Of a stretch of 64,000 nucleotides of DNA, positions 1 to 10,213 are shown piece after piece. The stretch is taken from positions 4,512,001-4,576,000 of the forward strand of contig OZ257156.1 of assembly GCA_965279375.1 (NCBI GenBank). Direction: 5' to 3'. Each line of letters begins with the position of its first letter. Position 1 is the first letter of the stretch. Position numbers and translations under genes: made by a program. Origin of the DNA: Gemmatimonas sp. (GTDB taxonomy: Bacteria; Gemmatimonadota; Gemmatimonadetes; Gemmatimonadales; Gemmatimonadaceae). The notes beneath the pieces are model-generated. The model was not told the DNA's origin. It saw only the letters and a program-made list of their open reading frames with translations, and made no database searches.

Positions 1-48
1 AGTTCGCGAGACCTGCCGCCCGACCCTCCACCTCGCCAGCTTCCCCGA

Positions 49-873
49 ATGCGCGCCCGCCCCTCTCCGCCAACCAACCTCCCCGACCGCCCGGCGCGGC
101 ACGAGCAGACGCACGCCGGCCCGTCGACTGCCTCGGTGCCGAGCGCACTTGCCGCACAGCGCGAGCGAAACCGCGCGATTCGTGCGCACGCGGAGCGGTT
201 GGCGAACACCAGCGAGTGGGGCGCGCTGCCGTTGGCGATCGTGCCTTTGCAGGAGCGCCCACTGGCCGCCGTTCCTGCCGCGATGCAACAGCGCTTCCTT
301 GCCCGTCTGGCGGAACGGATCGAACGCGCGTTCAGCGCGAACGCAGCGGTGCCTCAGGCCGACCTCACCGATCTGAGCGAACCCGCGCAGACGTCGGCCC
401 TTCTGGGCCAGGGGTGCGCGCTATGCCGTGGCGCGTGCTGCACTCGCGGAAGTGATCACGCATTTCTCGGCGAGGATAGTCTCGCGCGCGTTCGAATCGA
501 GAACCCGTCGCTCGATGCCGACGCGCTGCTCGCCGCCTACGTCGCACATCTGCCGGTCGAGCACTACGCCGAGAGTTGTGTGTATCACGGCGCCACCGGA
601 TGCGCGCTCCCGCTGCTGCTACGGTCCACCACGTGCAACCGCTATCGTTGCGGCGGGCTGACGGAACTCGCGCGTGCCTTGCAACCGTCCGCGGCGTCGG
701 TCGTCGCGTCGGCTAACGATGTGTCGGCTACCGATGTGTCGGCTACCGATGTTCGCGCGCCAAGCGCGACCGCGCCTACCGTCGCCGTCATCGGGGTGTC
801 GGACAACGTACGACTCCGACGCATCGCGCGCGTGTGCGGTACGACCGCGGACGAACGCCCCGTCAGCGATTGA
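49..873 (+). CDS. Cys-rich hypothetical protein (CxxCxxxCC, YkgJ-like Zn/Fe-S cluster type); may begin left of the window
   Basis: GCALCRGACC and CVYHGATGC...STTCNRYRC motifs; frame is open from position 1. Confidence 0.6.
   Translation: MRARPSPPTNLPDRPARHEQTHAGPSTASVPSALAAQRERNRAIRAHAERLANTSEWGALPLAIVPLQERPLAAVPAAMQQRFLARLAERIERAFSANAAVPQADLTDLSEPAQTSALLGQGCALCRGACCTRGSDHAFLGEDSLARVRIENPSLDADALLAAYVAHLPVEHYAESCVYHGATGCALPLLLRSTTCNRYRCGGLTELARALQPSAASVVASANDVSATDVSATDVRAPSATAPTVAVIGVSDNVRLRRIARVCGTTADERPVSD
709..753 (+). repeat. 3 x 15-bp tandem repeat (TCGGCTAMCGATGTK) encoding SA(N/T)DV
   Basis: Units at 709, 724 and 739 read directly. Confidence 0.85.
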
Positions 874-2206
874 GCCAGTGACGCACGAATGACCCATCCG
901 GATCGTACGTCGCCGCCTGTTTGGCCACGTTGAAGGCGCGCGTTCCTCGCGCGTCGTTGCCAACACCGGCGGCGTACATCCAATTGCCCCAGTTGCTCGC
1001 CACATCGTAGTCCACGAGCAACGATTCGAACCACTCTGCGCCCAGACGCCAATCGATGCGCAGCGTCTGCGTGAGATGGCTGGCCACGTTCTGCCGAGCG
1101 CGATTGCTGGTGAAGCCTGATGCGGCGAGCTCGCGCATCGACGCGTCCACGAGCGGAAGCCCCGTGGAGCCTTCGCACCAACTCGCGAAGTCGGCCTCCG
1201 CCCGCGCATCTTCGAGCGTACGCCAGGGCACACGACGGCGCTGCAGGCCGCCTTCGGCGAAGATCGCATCGCCGTGTTGCAGCGCGACAAAGCGAAAGAA
1301 GTCGCGCCAGCGCAGTTCGAAGACCAGCCAGTAGGTGCTGTCGTTCTTCACGCGTTCCTTCTCGTAGCGCTGCACCTCCCCCCAGACGCGACGCGGCGAG
1401 AGGCAGCCCATGGCCAGCCACGGTGAAAGCTTGCTCGAGTCGTCAACACGCAGCATGCCGTTTCGCGTTTCCTTGTACTGCGCGATCTGATCCGTCTCCC
1501 AGAGATAGGACTTGAGTCGTGCCATGCCTGCGGTCGCTCCGCCGCGTGGCCGAAAGAGCACGCGCGGATCGTCGGCCGGTTCAGATAATCCGAGCGATTC
1601 GAGCGTGGGCAACTCGCCGGGCCCCACCGGTGGTAGCGTGAAGGACTTTGGCGCGGCCACCGGCATGCGAATGCGGATGTCGCGTTCGATCTGCTGTCGA
1701 AAGCTCGTGAACAGCTCGGGGAGCGCGCGCACAGGAAACGGCAGATCATCAGGATGGTGCAGCGTGTACCCCCACACGCGATCGACGGCGACACCCATCG
1801 GAGCAAGCGCAGAAATCAGTCGCGATTCGACCGACGTCTCTTCCGACGCGACTTCGGCGTGGCAGAACACGCGCGTCGCACCAAGCGCGCGGACCACCTC
1901 AGGCAGCTCCACCTCGGGCATGCCGCGGCGCACCACGAGGTCGCCACCGCGGGCTCGCAGCAGCTCCCGCAAGTCGGCGAGCGACTCGAGCAGAAACCGC
2001 GCGCGGAACGCACCGGTCTTGGGCACCCCCGACGGGAGCCGACCGAAGTGCCGAGGATCGATGCAGTACACCGGCACTACCGGCGCGCCAGTCGCCACGG
2101 CGCGTACCAACGGCTCGTGATCGTCGAGGCGCAGGTCGTTCCGCAGCCAGACGATCACTGGGGGCGAGGGCGTGTCGACCGGGAGCGGACCAGCGGGAGC
2201 GGACAT
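863..2206 (-). CDS. Cryptochrome/photolyase, DASH family
   Basis: VWLRNDLRLDDH N-terminus, SSKLSPWLAMGCLSPR, ELRWRDFF, SNRARQNVAS, DYDVASNWGNW FAD-domain motifs. Confidence 0.9.
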   Translation of the reverse strand: MSAPAGPLPVDTPSPPVIVWLRNDLRLDDHEPLVRAVATGAPVVPVYCIDPRHFGRLPSGVPKTGAFRARFLLESLADLRELLRARGGDLVVRRGMPEVELPEVVRALGATRVFCHAEVASEETSVESRLISALAPMGVAVDRVWGYTLHHPDDLPFPVRALPELFTSFRQQIERDIRIRMPVAAPKSFTLPPVGPGELPTLESLGLSEPADDPRVLFRPRGGATAGMARLKSYLWETDQIAQYKETRNGMLRVDDSSKLSPWLAMGCLSPRRVWGEVQRYEKERVKNDSTYWLVFELRWRDFFRFVALQHGDAIFAEGGLQRRRVPWRTLEDARAEADFASWCEGSTGLPLVDASMRELAASGFTSNRARQNVASHLTQTLRIDWRLGAEWFESLLVDYDVASNWGNWMYAAGVGNDARGTRAFNVAKQAATYDPDGSFVRHWLNR

Positions 2207-2356
2207 GCGATGGGACCGGTGAGTGGTTCACGCAACGAACGGGCGGCGGACGCGACGGTTCCCGCGTAGTCAGCGGCCGTTGTCGGGTTCCGACAGCGAC
2301 TTGCGATGTAGGGAATGGCCCCCGTACTGCCGTCTCCTTTTTCGCGAGTTCTGATC

Positions 2357-2545
2357 ATGCCCGTCATCTCCTCGCACATGCGCGACGCCCTCGCGCCCCT
2401 GCTCGACTGCGCCCGCACACTCCGCGACGTGGACCGCACCGCGTGGCTGGCTGAGCTGCGGAAGGAATCGCCAACCGTGGTGACCCTGCTGGAGCAATTG
2501 CTGCGCGCGCAATCGCCACGCAGCAGCGCGCCGCGCGATCGATGA
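2357..2545 (+). CDS. Small helical protein resembling the N-terminal extension of ECF-associated Ser/Thr kinases
   Basis: LAPLLDCARTL...RTAWLAELRKESPTVVTLLEQLL pattern; co-oriented with downstream hydrolase. Confidence 0.5.
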   Translation: MPVISSHMRDALAPLLDCARTLRDVDRTAWLAELRKESPTVVTLLEQLLRAQSPRSSAPRDR

Positions 2546-2581
2546 AGGACGCGCGCTGAGAACCAACAGCACCGATCGCGC

Positions 2582-3616
2582 ATGATGCTCTCCCAGCTTC
2601 TGCTGACGGCGTCCGGTCTCGGCGCGGCCTACGTTGTGGTGGCTGCGGCGGTGGCCCATCGCTTCACGAGTCCGTTCACTCGCGGTCGACGCCAGCAGCT
2701 GCGCTCCACGTCGCCGGAGCTGCACGCGGGATGCACACACCTCTCGCTCCGCGCGCGCGTGGATGGTACATGGCTCAGCGCCTCCCTGGCCGATGTTCCG
2801 AACGCGCCAAGCGCAGTTGTGCTCGTGCACGGCCGCGGAACGTCGCGAGGCAGTCAGCTGCGTGAGAATGCCTATCCTCTCGTGGAGGCGCTCAACGCGG
2901 CGGGATTCGCGGTACTGCTATTCGACCTGCGTGGTCATGGCGACAGCGCGTCCACGCGCATCACGTTCGGCATTCGGGAGCAGCGCGACATTCTGGGCGC
3001 GTTCGACTGGTTGCGCGAGCGGGGCTTCTCGCCCGGAAACATCGGCGTGCTGGGCGCGTCGATGGGCGGAGCAGCCACCATCGCTGCGGCGGCGATCGAG
3101 CCGGGATTCGGAGCCATCGTGATCGACAGCGCCTACACAGACGTGGGCGTGATCTTCGCACGGCAATTCGCGCGCTTCACTCGGCTTCCCACCCCGGTTC
3201 TCCACAGTGCGCTCGTCGTGGCGCGTTGGCTGACGGGCGAGTCCATCGCTGATTTTCGTCCGCTCGACCTCGCACACCGACTGCGCGCCCGACCTACGCT
3301 GGTCATCCACGCTCAGGGGGATAGCATAGTGCCGGTGGAACAGGCGCACGCGATTGCGGCGGCGGCGGACGGTGAGTTGTGGCTGACCGGCGCACGCGGG
3401 CATCTTCGCTCGTACGCCCATGACCGTGCCGCATATCTGCACCGTGTGGTCGGGTTCTTTGCACGACACGTGGGCACCGCGGTGGCAGCGGATGCGGTCT
3501 CGCCGATCTCCGCGATGCCGGCGCGGGCCTTGACGCGCGATACTAGGCGCGAGGTGAAGCGCGAGGAGGAGCGCGGCGCCGTGGGACACCCTGCGGAGGA
3601 GCCGGTGACGCGGTAA
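2582..3616 (+). CDS. Alpha/beta-fold hydrolase with N-terminal membrane anchor
   Basis: VLVHGRG, FDLRGHGDS, GASMGG nucleophile elbow, IHAQGDSIVP, His in RGHL. Confidence 0.88.
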   Translation: MMLSQLLLTASGLGAAYVVVAAAVAHRFTSPFTRGRRQQLRSTSPELHAGCTHLSLRARVDGTWLSASLADVPNAPSAVVLVHGRGTSRGSQLRENAYPLVEALNAAGFAVLLFDLRGHGDSASTRITFGIREQRDILGAFDWLRERGFSPGNIGVLGASMGGAATIAAAAIEPGFGAIVIDSAYTDVGVIFARQFARFTRLPTPVLHSALVVARWLTGESIADFRPLDLAHRLRARPTLVIHAQGDSIVPVEQAHAIAAAADGELWLTGARGHLRSYAHDRAAYLHRVVGFFARHVGTAVAADAVSPISAMPARALTRDTRREVKREEERGAVGHPAEEPVTR

Positions 3617-3665
3617 CGTTGGCGCGTCCTCAACATTCCGCGCGCACACCGCCACCTCAGCCCCG

Positions 3666-6056
3666 GTGCCCATGCCGACGATCGCACCAACGCCTCGCTG
3701 CCGTTCCGCACGCTTCCGGATTGGAATCGTCGTCACTGCCGCCGTGCTCGCCGGGCACACCACGTCGCTGCGCGCCCAGGCGCGGTTGGCGGTGAGCGGA
3801 TCAACGCTGCCATCGCCGGCCAGTGTACTTGGCTACGAGCCCGGAACGGCGCGCAAGCTGCCGACGTGGAAGCAGGTGACCGACTACTTCACCTCGCTCG
3901 ACAAGGCGAGTCCGCGCGTGAGTGTGCGGACGCTCGGCAAGACGACACTCGGCCGACCGTTTCTCGTCGCGTTCATCGCCGACCCGGCCACGCTCAACAA
4001 TCTCGAGAAGTACCGACGCATCCAGCGTAAGCTGATGGACCCGCGCCTGCGCGCGAAGGATGAACTCGAGTCCCTCCTCGCAACGGGCAAGAACGTCATT
4101 CTCATCACGTCGAGCATTCACTCCACCGAGGTGGGCGGCTTCACCACACCGCTGGTGCTGGCCGACCGACTGGCTCGCGCGGAGACGCCTGAGGCTCGCA
4201 GCATTCTCGCCAATACCATCGTGATGCTCGTGCCGAGTCAAAATCCTGACGGCGTCGACATCGTCGGCGACTGGTATCGCTCGACGCTGGGCACGCCTGC
4301 CGAGGGCACGCAACCGCCAGAGCTGTATCACAAGTACACCGGTCACGACAACAACCGCGACTGGTACGCGTTCACACAGCTGGAGACGCGATACACGGTG
4401 GACTCGCTGTACACGCCGTGGAATCCGCAGATCGTCAACGACGTACATCAGCAGGGCTCGAATGCGGGACGCATCTTCATTCCGCCGTACATGGATCCGG
4501 TGGAGCCCAACATCGACCCGATTCTCACGGCCGGCACGAACGCGCTCGGCATGTCGATGGTGGCGCGCATGACCGCTGAGGGAAAGACGGGTATCGCGTC
4601 GAACGCCGCGTACGATCAGTGGTCACCGGCGCGCCAGTATTCGCTGTATCATCGTGGCGTGCGCATTCTCACTGAGACGGCGAGCGCGCGGCTGGCGACG
4701 GCCATCGATCTCCCATTCGCCTCGCTCGGAACCGGGCGCGGCTACGACGCGAAGGTGACGAGCTGGAACTTCGCCTCCATCTGGCCCGGTGGTACGTGGA
4801 CGTACGCGGATATCGTATCGTATCAGGTGAGCGCATCATGGGCGCTCTTGAGCGAAGCGGCGCGCAGCCGTCGGCAGTGGCTCGAAAGCTACGCGGCGTT
4901 AGGCACGAGGGCGCTGGCGCCTGAACATCCGTGGACGGCAACCGCGACACCGACGGCGTTCGTGATCCCGACGGCGCAGCGCGACACGCAAGCACTGCAG
5001 CGGATGCTCTGGATGCTGCAGCATGGCCAGGTGGAAGTGCGTACGGCAACCGCGCCCGTCACGACGGCCACCACCACCTACCCTGCGGGCAGCTATCTCG
5101 TCTCGACCACGCAGCCGTTCGGCGGCTACGCCAAGACGATGCTGGAGCGTCAGCAGTACCCGAATCTCTTCGACTACCCGGGCGGCCCGCCCAAGCGACC
5201 GTACGACGTCACGGCGCACACGCTGCCGCTGTTGCTGGGTGTGCAAGTGGAGGCGGTCACTACGCCGGTCTCGATGTCGAACGCACCGATTGCAGCGGTC
5301 GCGGAACCCAAATTTGCGGTGAACGGATTGAGCGACACCAGGGCGCGTCGCGTGGCGATCTACCGCAGCTACAGCGCGTCGATGGACGAAGGATGGACGC
5401 GATGGATGTTCGATGCGAATCGCATTCCGTTCACGAGCATCGTCGACAAGGACATTCGCGCGGGTGCGCTGCACGATCGATTCGACGTGATCATTCTCCC
5501 CGACCAGAACACCGCGGGATTGGCGCGCGGGCTCGGCAACGCCTATCCAGATTCACTGCGCGGCGGCATTGGCGGCAGCGGTGGCAATGCGCTCGCCGAC
5601 TTCGTGCAGCAGGGCGGAACGCTGCTCGCGTTCAACGATGCGAGCGAGTACGCCATCGAGACGCTCAAGCTGCCCGTCAAGAACGTGCTGGCTGGCGTGC
5701 GCAACACCGACTTCTACGCGCCGGGATCATTGATGTCGGTGCAGCTCTCGCCGGGCCATCCGCTCGCGGCCGGTGTGACGGCGCCGGTGCCCGCGATCTG
5801 GTTTGAAGACAGCCCCGCCTTCGAGATCACCGACCCGTCGCGCGCGACGGCGGTGGCGACGTATCAGGCGAGCGGTGACCCGTTGCTCTCGGGATGGCTG
5901 CTGGGCGGCGCGAAGCTCAATGGCAAGGCCGCGATGGTGGACGTTGCACAGGGCAAGGGCCACGTCGTGCTGTATGGGTTTCGTCCGCAGTATCGCGGAC
6001 AGACGATGGCGACGCAGCCGCTGATCTGGGAAGCGATCATGCGGCTGCGTCAGTAG
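3666..6056 (+). CDS. Secreted M14 zinc carboxypeptidase family protein
   Basis: Signal peptide, IHSTE (HxxE), NPDG, DNNRD, DVHQ; C-terminal GATase-like domain. Confidence 0.85.
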   Translation: MPMPTIAPTPRCRSARFRIGIVVTAAVLAGHTTSLRAQARLAVSGSTLPSPASVLGYEPGTARKLPTWKQVTDYFTSLDKASPRVSVRTLGKTTLGRPFLVAFIADPATLNNLEKYRRIQRKLMDPRLRAKDELESLLATGKNVILITSSIHSTEVGGFTTPLVLADRLARAETPEARSILANTIVMLVPSQNPDGVDIVGDWYRSTLGTPAEGTQPPELYHKYTGHDNNRDWYAFTQLETRYTVDSLYTPWNPQIVNDVHQQGSNAGRIFIPPYMDPVEPNIDPILTAGTNALGMSMVARMTAEGKTGIASNAAYDQWSPARQYSLYHRGVRILTETASARLATAIDLPFASLGTGRGYDAKVTSWNFASIWPGGTWTYADIVSYQVSASWALLSEAARSRRQWLESYAALGTRALAPEHPWTATATPTAFVIPTAQRDTQALQRMLWMLQHGQVEVRTATAPVTTATTTYPAGSYLVSTTQPFGGYAKTMLERQQYPNLFDYPGGPPKRPYDVTAHTLPLLLGVQVEAVTTPVSMSNAPIAAVAEPKFAVNGLSDTRARRVAIYRSYSASMDEGWTRWMFDANRIPFTSIVDKDIRAGALHDRFDVIILPDQNTAGLARGLGNAYPDSLRGGIGGSGGNALADFVQQGGTLLAFNDASEYAIETLKLPVKNVLAGVRNTDFYAPGSLMSVQLSPGHPLAAGVTAPVPAIWFEDSPAFEITDPSRATAVATYQASGDPLLSGWLLGGAKLNGKAAMVDVAQGKGHVVLYGFRPQYRGQTMATQPLIWEAIMRLRQ

Positions 6057-6063
6057 GCCAACG

Positions 6064-6927
6064 TTACTTCAAGTTCGTCTTGAAGAACGACAACGACTTG
6101 GTCCAGGCGTCTTCAGCAGCTGCCTTGTTGTACGCCTGGCCGGTCGGGTTCGCAAAGGCGTGGTTGGCATCGGCGTAGACGTTCACACCGATCGCCTTGC
6201 CAGCCGCCTTGATCTTGGACTCCATCGCGCGCACGCTGTCCACGGGAATGCCCGTGTCCTTGCCGCCGTAGAAGCCGAGCACTGGCGCGGACAGACGCGC
6301 GAGCTGCGTCTGGTCAGTGATGGGCGCGCCGTAGTAGATCACGACGGCCTTCACATCCTTTCCGCCGACGAGTCCCGTGCGCAGCGACCAGTGACCGCCG
6401 AAGCAGTAGCCAACAGCGCCGATCGACGTCGCGCCCTGCTTCTTCAAGTAGTCGATGGCATCGAAGATGTTCTTGTCGCCGACGGGCACGTTGGCCATCG
6501 CGCCCTGATAGAGCTTCATCGCCGCATCCGGCGTGGTGGCGACGGAGCCGAAGAGATCGACGGCGAGCACCGTGTAGCCTTCGCCAGCGTAGCGCTTGGC
6601 CACGGCCTTGATGTTTTCGTTGAGCCCCCACCATTCGTGCACCATGATGAGCGCCGGCTTGCCCGCGCCCGCCTTGGGCTTGGCTGGCTTTGCCAAGAAG
6701 CCCGAGATCACCTTGCCGTCGATCGTGCTGTACTTGACCGTCTCGGAGGTGACCGCTTGCCGTGGCGCGATGAGTGCAGCGGGCGACGGCGTCGGTGTTT
6801 CGTTCGCGTGTTCGTGCCGCATGGCGGCGGCGTAGTCAGGCTGGTTCTGCTGGGCCGCGAGCGGAGCGGACGCCAGCACGAGCGTTGACACGCCAGCGAT
6901 CAGGCGAAGCGAGCGAGTAAGCATCAT
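6064..6927 (-). CDS. Dienelactone hydrolase family protein (exported)
   Basis: VHEWWGLN, GYCFGG (catalytic Cys), HAFAN; signal peptide. Confidence 0.9.
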   Translation of the reverse strand: MMLTRSLRLIAGVSTLVLASAPLAAQQNQPDYAAAMRHEHANETPTPSPAALIAPRQAVTSETVKYSTIDGKVISGFLAKPAKPKAGAGKPALIMVHEWWGLNENIKAVAKRYAGEGYTVLAVDLFGSVATTPDAAMKLYQGAMANVPVGDKNIFDAIDYLKKQGATSIGAVGYCFGGHWSLRTGLVGGKDVKAVVIYYGAPITDQTQLARLSAPVLGFYGGKDTGIPVDSVRAMESKIKAAGKAIGVNVYADANHAFANPTGQAYNKAAAEDAWTKSLSFFKTNLK

Positions 6928-6961
6928 GTGTCGAGGAGTGGTAGTTGGAAGATGAGCGCGA

Positions 6962-7501
6962 CTACAGCGCGCGCTCGAACAGCAGGACTTCGGTGGAGTC
7001 GGGCGAGAGTCGCATCGGTCGAACCGGGCGAAACCCCAGCCGCTCCAGCAAGCGGATCGAGGAAGCGTTCTCTGGATCGGTGATCGCCGCGAGCCGCGTC
7101 AGCGCGTGTATGCTGCGCCCCTGCTCAATCACGGCTTCGGCGGCTTCTCGTGCGTACCCCTGACTCCAGAATTCGGGCAGAAAGGCGAACCCGATGTCCG
7201 GCACGTCCAGTCCGTCCCGTCGGATCAATCCGCAGATTCCGATCGCGGTTTCATTCGACCGCTGCTCGACACGGTACAGTCCGAAGCCGTTGGTCGCGTA
7301 GCTGGCAATCGCGCCATTGCGGAGATACGTGACGGCGTCGTCGACCGTGCGCACGCCGCGATCCCCGATGTAGCGCAGGAACGATGGCTGGTTGACCAAC
7401 GCCAGCATGAACGCGCCATCCTCTTCCGTCAGACGGCGCAACAGCAGTCGCTCAGTCACCGCGACCGCGCCCTCCAACTGCGCATCGCGCGCTTCGTTCA
7501 C
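6962..7501 (-). CDS. GNAT N-acetyltransferase (RimJ/RimL type)
   Basis: TERLLLR, IGFAFLPEFWSQGYARE, NASSIRLLERLGF. Confidence 0.88.
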   Translation of the reverse strand: MNEARDAQLEGAVAVTERLLLRRLTEEDGAFMLALVNQPSFLRYIGDRGVRTVDDAVTYLRNGAIASYATNGFGLYRVEQRSNETAIGICGLIRRDGLDVPDIGFAFLPEFWSQGYAREAAEAVIEQGRSIHALTRLAAITDPENASSIRLLERLGFRPVRPMRLSPDSTEVLLFERAL

Positions 7502-7505
7502 GGGT

Positions 7506-9278
7506 CTATGGTGCGCAGGTGAAGGCGCCGCTGTTCACGAGGTTCGCAACAGCTCGGAGCTGCGCGTCCGTGGTCGCCAGGCGTTTCGCGGCGCGCAACG
7601 GAGCGCAGGCTTTGTCTGGCTGATCCGCCATTCCGTACGCCGTGACCATGTACACGTACGCAAACGTGCTATCGGCCGAACTTGTGAGCTTGCCGAGTGC
7701 CGCTTGAAGCTGAGGTATCGCATCACGCGCAACCGCGGGCGCCTCCGCCTCTTCCGCGTTCGCCAATGCGCGCTTGACGGCTTCGAGCGTGCGGCGGGCC
7801 TCCTCCGCGCCAGCAGTCGACGGGGCAGCAGGCGGCGTTGCCGCGGGCGCGGCGTCCACCGTCGCCGGTGCCGATGGCGTTGCCGGCGCTGACGCAGCCG
7901 CGCCGCCGCTTGCTGGCGGCTTGGTGCCGCCCGATGGCGAAGCGTTCGCGGGCGGCGCGGTGACGTTCGGCGGCATCAACGCCGAAACCCCCGCCGAATC
8001 GAGTGCGCCCGGCGTGGCCACAGCGGGAGACCCACTTCCCCGCAGGAAGAACGCCGCCGCTCCTACTACGACGGCGCCCACAACGGCGAACAGCACACCG
8101 CGCGACGATCCGGACGCGGCGGGTGCGGCCCCCGTGCCAGCGGCTGCCGCGGGCGATGCCGCCGCCTTCGCAGGCGAACTCTCTGCCTTCTTGGGTGCGG
8201 TCGTCTCCTTCCACTCCACCGTCGAAGCCACCGCCGGCGCAACCGCCGCGGTGGACATCGGCGTTGGCGAGAGCGCCGCACTCGACAGCGGCGTCCGCGT
8301 GCGCAACACCGACGATCCAATCCACGCTTCGGTCGCCGCGACCACAGCGTCCGCGAAATCGAGTGCCGATGCCGTGCGCGCATCCGGCTCGCGCGCCAGC
8401 GCGCGCGTGAACGCCGCCTGCAACGCCTCGGGCCACGCCACCTCGGGCACGCCCTCGGCGAGCGTGCGCGGATCGCCCACGATGCGCGCGGTCAGACTGC
8501 GCTCCGGTGAGCTCGAATCGAACGGCAGCACGCCCGTGAACATTTGGTAACCAACCAACGCCAACGCGTAGACGTCGCTGCGCGCATCAAGCGGCTCGCC
8601 AAACACCTGCTCGGGGCTCATGAACTCCGGTGTGCCAATCACCGAACCGGCCTGCGTGAGCTGCGTGCGCTGTCCCTGCGTGCCATCCACCACCTTCGCG
8701 ATACCAAAGTCCACCACCTTGGAGCGATCGATGCCGCCCTCTTCGGTGATGACCATGATGTTGTCTGGCTTGAGGTCACGATGCACGATGCTCATGCGAT
8801 GCGCGGCGTCGAGTCCCTCGGCGACCTGGAAGATCAGGTTGGCCGCGCGCGCGGGGGGCAATCGCGGCTGCTCCTCGAGAATGTCGCGCAGCGTTCGCCC
8901 CGGCACGAATTCCATCGCGAGATAGACGAGCCCATTGCTCGTCTCGCCGAAATCGAAGACACGCGCCACACGATCGTGCTCGATGCGCGCCGCGTTGGCC
9001 GCCTCACGGTTAAACCGCGCCACCGCCGCCGAGTCCTGCACCATGCTGGGGTGCAACACCTTAATGGCCGCCTGCTGCGGCAGGCGCACGTGCCCCGCCA
9101 GATACACACGGCCCATGCCGCCCTCGCCCAGCAGCTTGCTGATCAGATAACGATCGGCAATGACGGTACCGATGAGATCGGCATTCGTTTCGTCGGCGCG
9201 GAGCGTGGTGCCGTCAGCGGGGCAGAAGGCGTTGCTGTCTGGATACGTGGTATTGCAGATCGGACAGGTTTTCGGCAT
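7506..9278 (-). CDS. Hanks-type Ser/Thr protein kinase with N-terminal Zn-ribbon, TM helix and extracytoplasmic C-terminus
   Basis: CPIC...CPADG; LGEGGMGRVY, AIK, HRDLKPDN, DFG, GTPEFMSPE; hydrophobic VLFAVVGAVVVGAAAFFL. Confidence 0.93.
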   Translation of the reverse strand: MPKTCPICNTTYPDSNAFCPADGTTLRADETNADLIGTVIADRYLISKLLGEGGMGRVYLAGHVRLPQQAAIKVLHPSMVQDSAAVARFNREAANAARIEHDRVARVFDFGETSNGLVYLAMEFVPGRTLRDILEEQPRLPPARAANLIFQVAEGLDAAHRMSIVHRDLKPDNIMVITEEGGIDRSKVVDFGIAKVVDGTQGQRTQLTQAGSVIGTPEFMSPEQVFGEPLDARSDVYALALVGYQMFTGVLPFDSSSPERSLTARIVGDPRTLAEGVPEVAWPEALQAAFTRALAREPDARTASALDFADAVVAATEAWIGSSVLRTRTPLSSAALSPTPMSTAAVAPAVASTVEWKETTAPKKAESSPAKAAASPAAAAGTGAAPAASGSSRGVLFAVVGAVVVGAAAFFLRGSGSPAVATPGALDSAGVSALMPPNVTAPPANASPSGGTKPPASGGAAASAPATPSAPATVDAAPAATPPAAPSTAGAEEARRTLEAVKRALANAEEAEAPAVARDAIPQLQAALGKLTSSADSTFAYVYMVTAYGMADQPDKACAPLRAAKRLATTDAQLRAVANLVNSGAFTCAP

Positions 9279-9367
9279 ACGCTAGTACTTTTATCCTATT
9301 GACGCCGTACCTGAACAAGCACGACGTTAGGGTGGCAGTTCGACGATTCCACTTGAGAGGTGTCTGC

Positions 9368-10093
9368 ATGTCCGTGACGCATACCGGTCGGCGTTGGCCC
9401 GGCCTCCTGCTGGCCGCGAGTCTCGCCGCCGCACTTCCGCTCTCCGCCCAGTCTTCCGCAGCGGATTCGCGGCCGACCGTCGCCATCATGTACTTCAACA
9501 ACGGCTCGATTCTCGACAACGCGTCGTACGCGCCGCTCAGCAAAGGCATGGCCGATATGCTGATCAGCGAGATCGCGCAAAATGGCGCCGTTCGCGTCGT
9601 TGAGCGTGACCGCCTGCAGTCGCTCATCGAAGAGCAGAATCTGCAGAACAGCGATCGGGTGGACAAGGAGACTGCCGTGCGTCTCGGCAAGCTGCTTGGG
9701 GCCCGTCACATTCTGATGGGCGGCTTCGTCATCGACCCCGCCAAGAACATGCGCATCGACGTGCGGTCGGTGAACACGGAGACGTCGGCCATCGAGTACA
9801 CCGAAACGCTGACGGGCAAGTCGGACAAGCTGCTCGAGCTGGTGATTCAGCTGGGCGCCAAGGTCAACGCGGGACTCAAGCTTCCGGCGATGAAGACGGC
9901 CAGCGCGACGATTCCTGCCGCGAAGAGCCCGAACCAGTTCAAGGCGCTGATGGCCATGAGCCAGGCCCTCGAAGCGGAAGACAAGAAGAACCCCGCCGAG
10001 GCGTCGAAGCTCTACAAGAGTGCAGTGGCGCTCAATCCTGATTTCGATCGCGCCAAGTCTCGGCTCGCGTCGCTGGAGAAGATCTCGCGCTAA
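9368..10093 (+). CDS. CsgG/HfaB-like domain protein with C-terminal TPR-like helices (exported)
   Basis: GAGAGG RBS before ATG 9368; signal peptide; RPTVAIMYF...VVERDRLQSLIEEQNL...TAVRLGKLLGARHILMG; C-terminal YKSAVALNPDF. Confidence 0.75.
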   Translation: MSVTHTGRRWPGLLLAASLAAALPLSAQSSAADSRPTVAIMYFNNGSILDNASYAPLSKGMADMLISEIAQNGAVRVVERDRLQSLIEEQNLQNSDRVDKETAVRLGKLLGARHILMGGFVIDPAKNMRIDVRSVNTETSAIEYTETLTGKSDKLLELVIQLGAKVNAGLKLPAMKTASATIPAAKSPNQFKALMAMSQALEAEDKKNPAEASKLYKSAVALNPDFDRAKSRLASLEKISR

Positions 10094-10138
10094 GTCGGAA
10101 GGTCGCTGCCGCACCTCGGTAGCGATGAGAGAAACGAG

Positions 10139-10174
10139 AAGCGCGTGTCGATCGGTCGATCGACACGCGCTTTT
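10139..10174. terminator. Probable intrinsic terminator between convergent genes
   Basis: Perfect 16-bp inverted repeat AAGCGCGTGTCGATCG-GT-CGATCGACACGCGCTT ending in a T run. Confidence 0.75.
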
Positions 10175-10213
10175 GTCTGCCTAGGCTTCGAGGAACGCAC
10201 CGCCGAATGGCGC

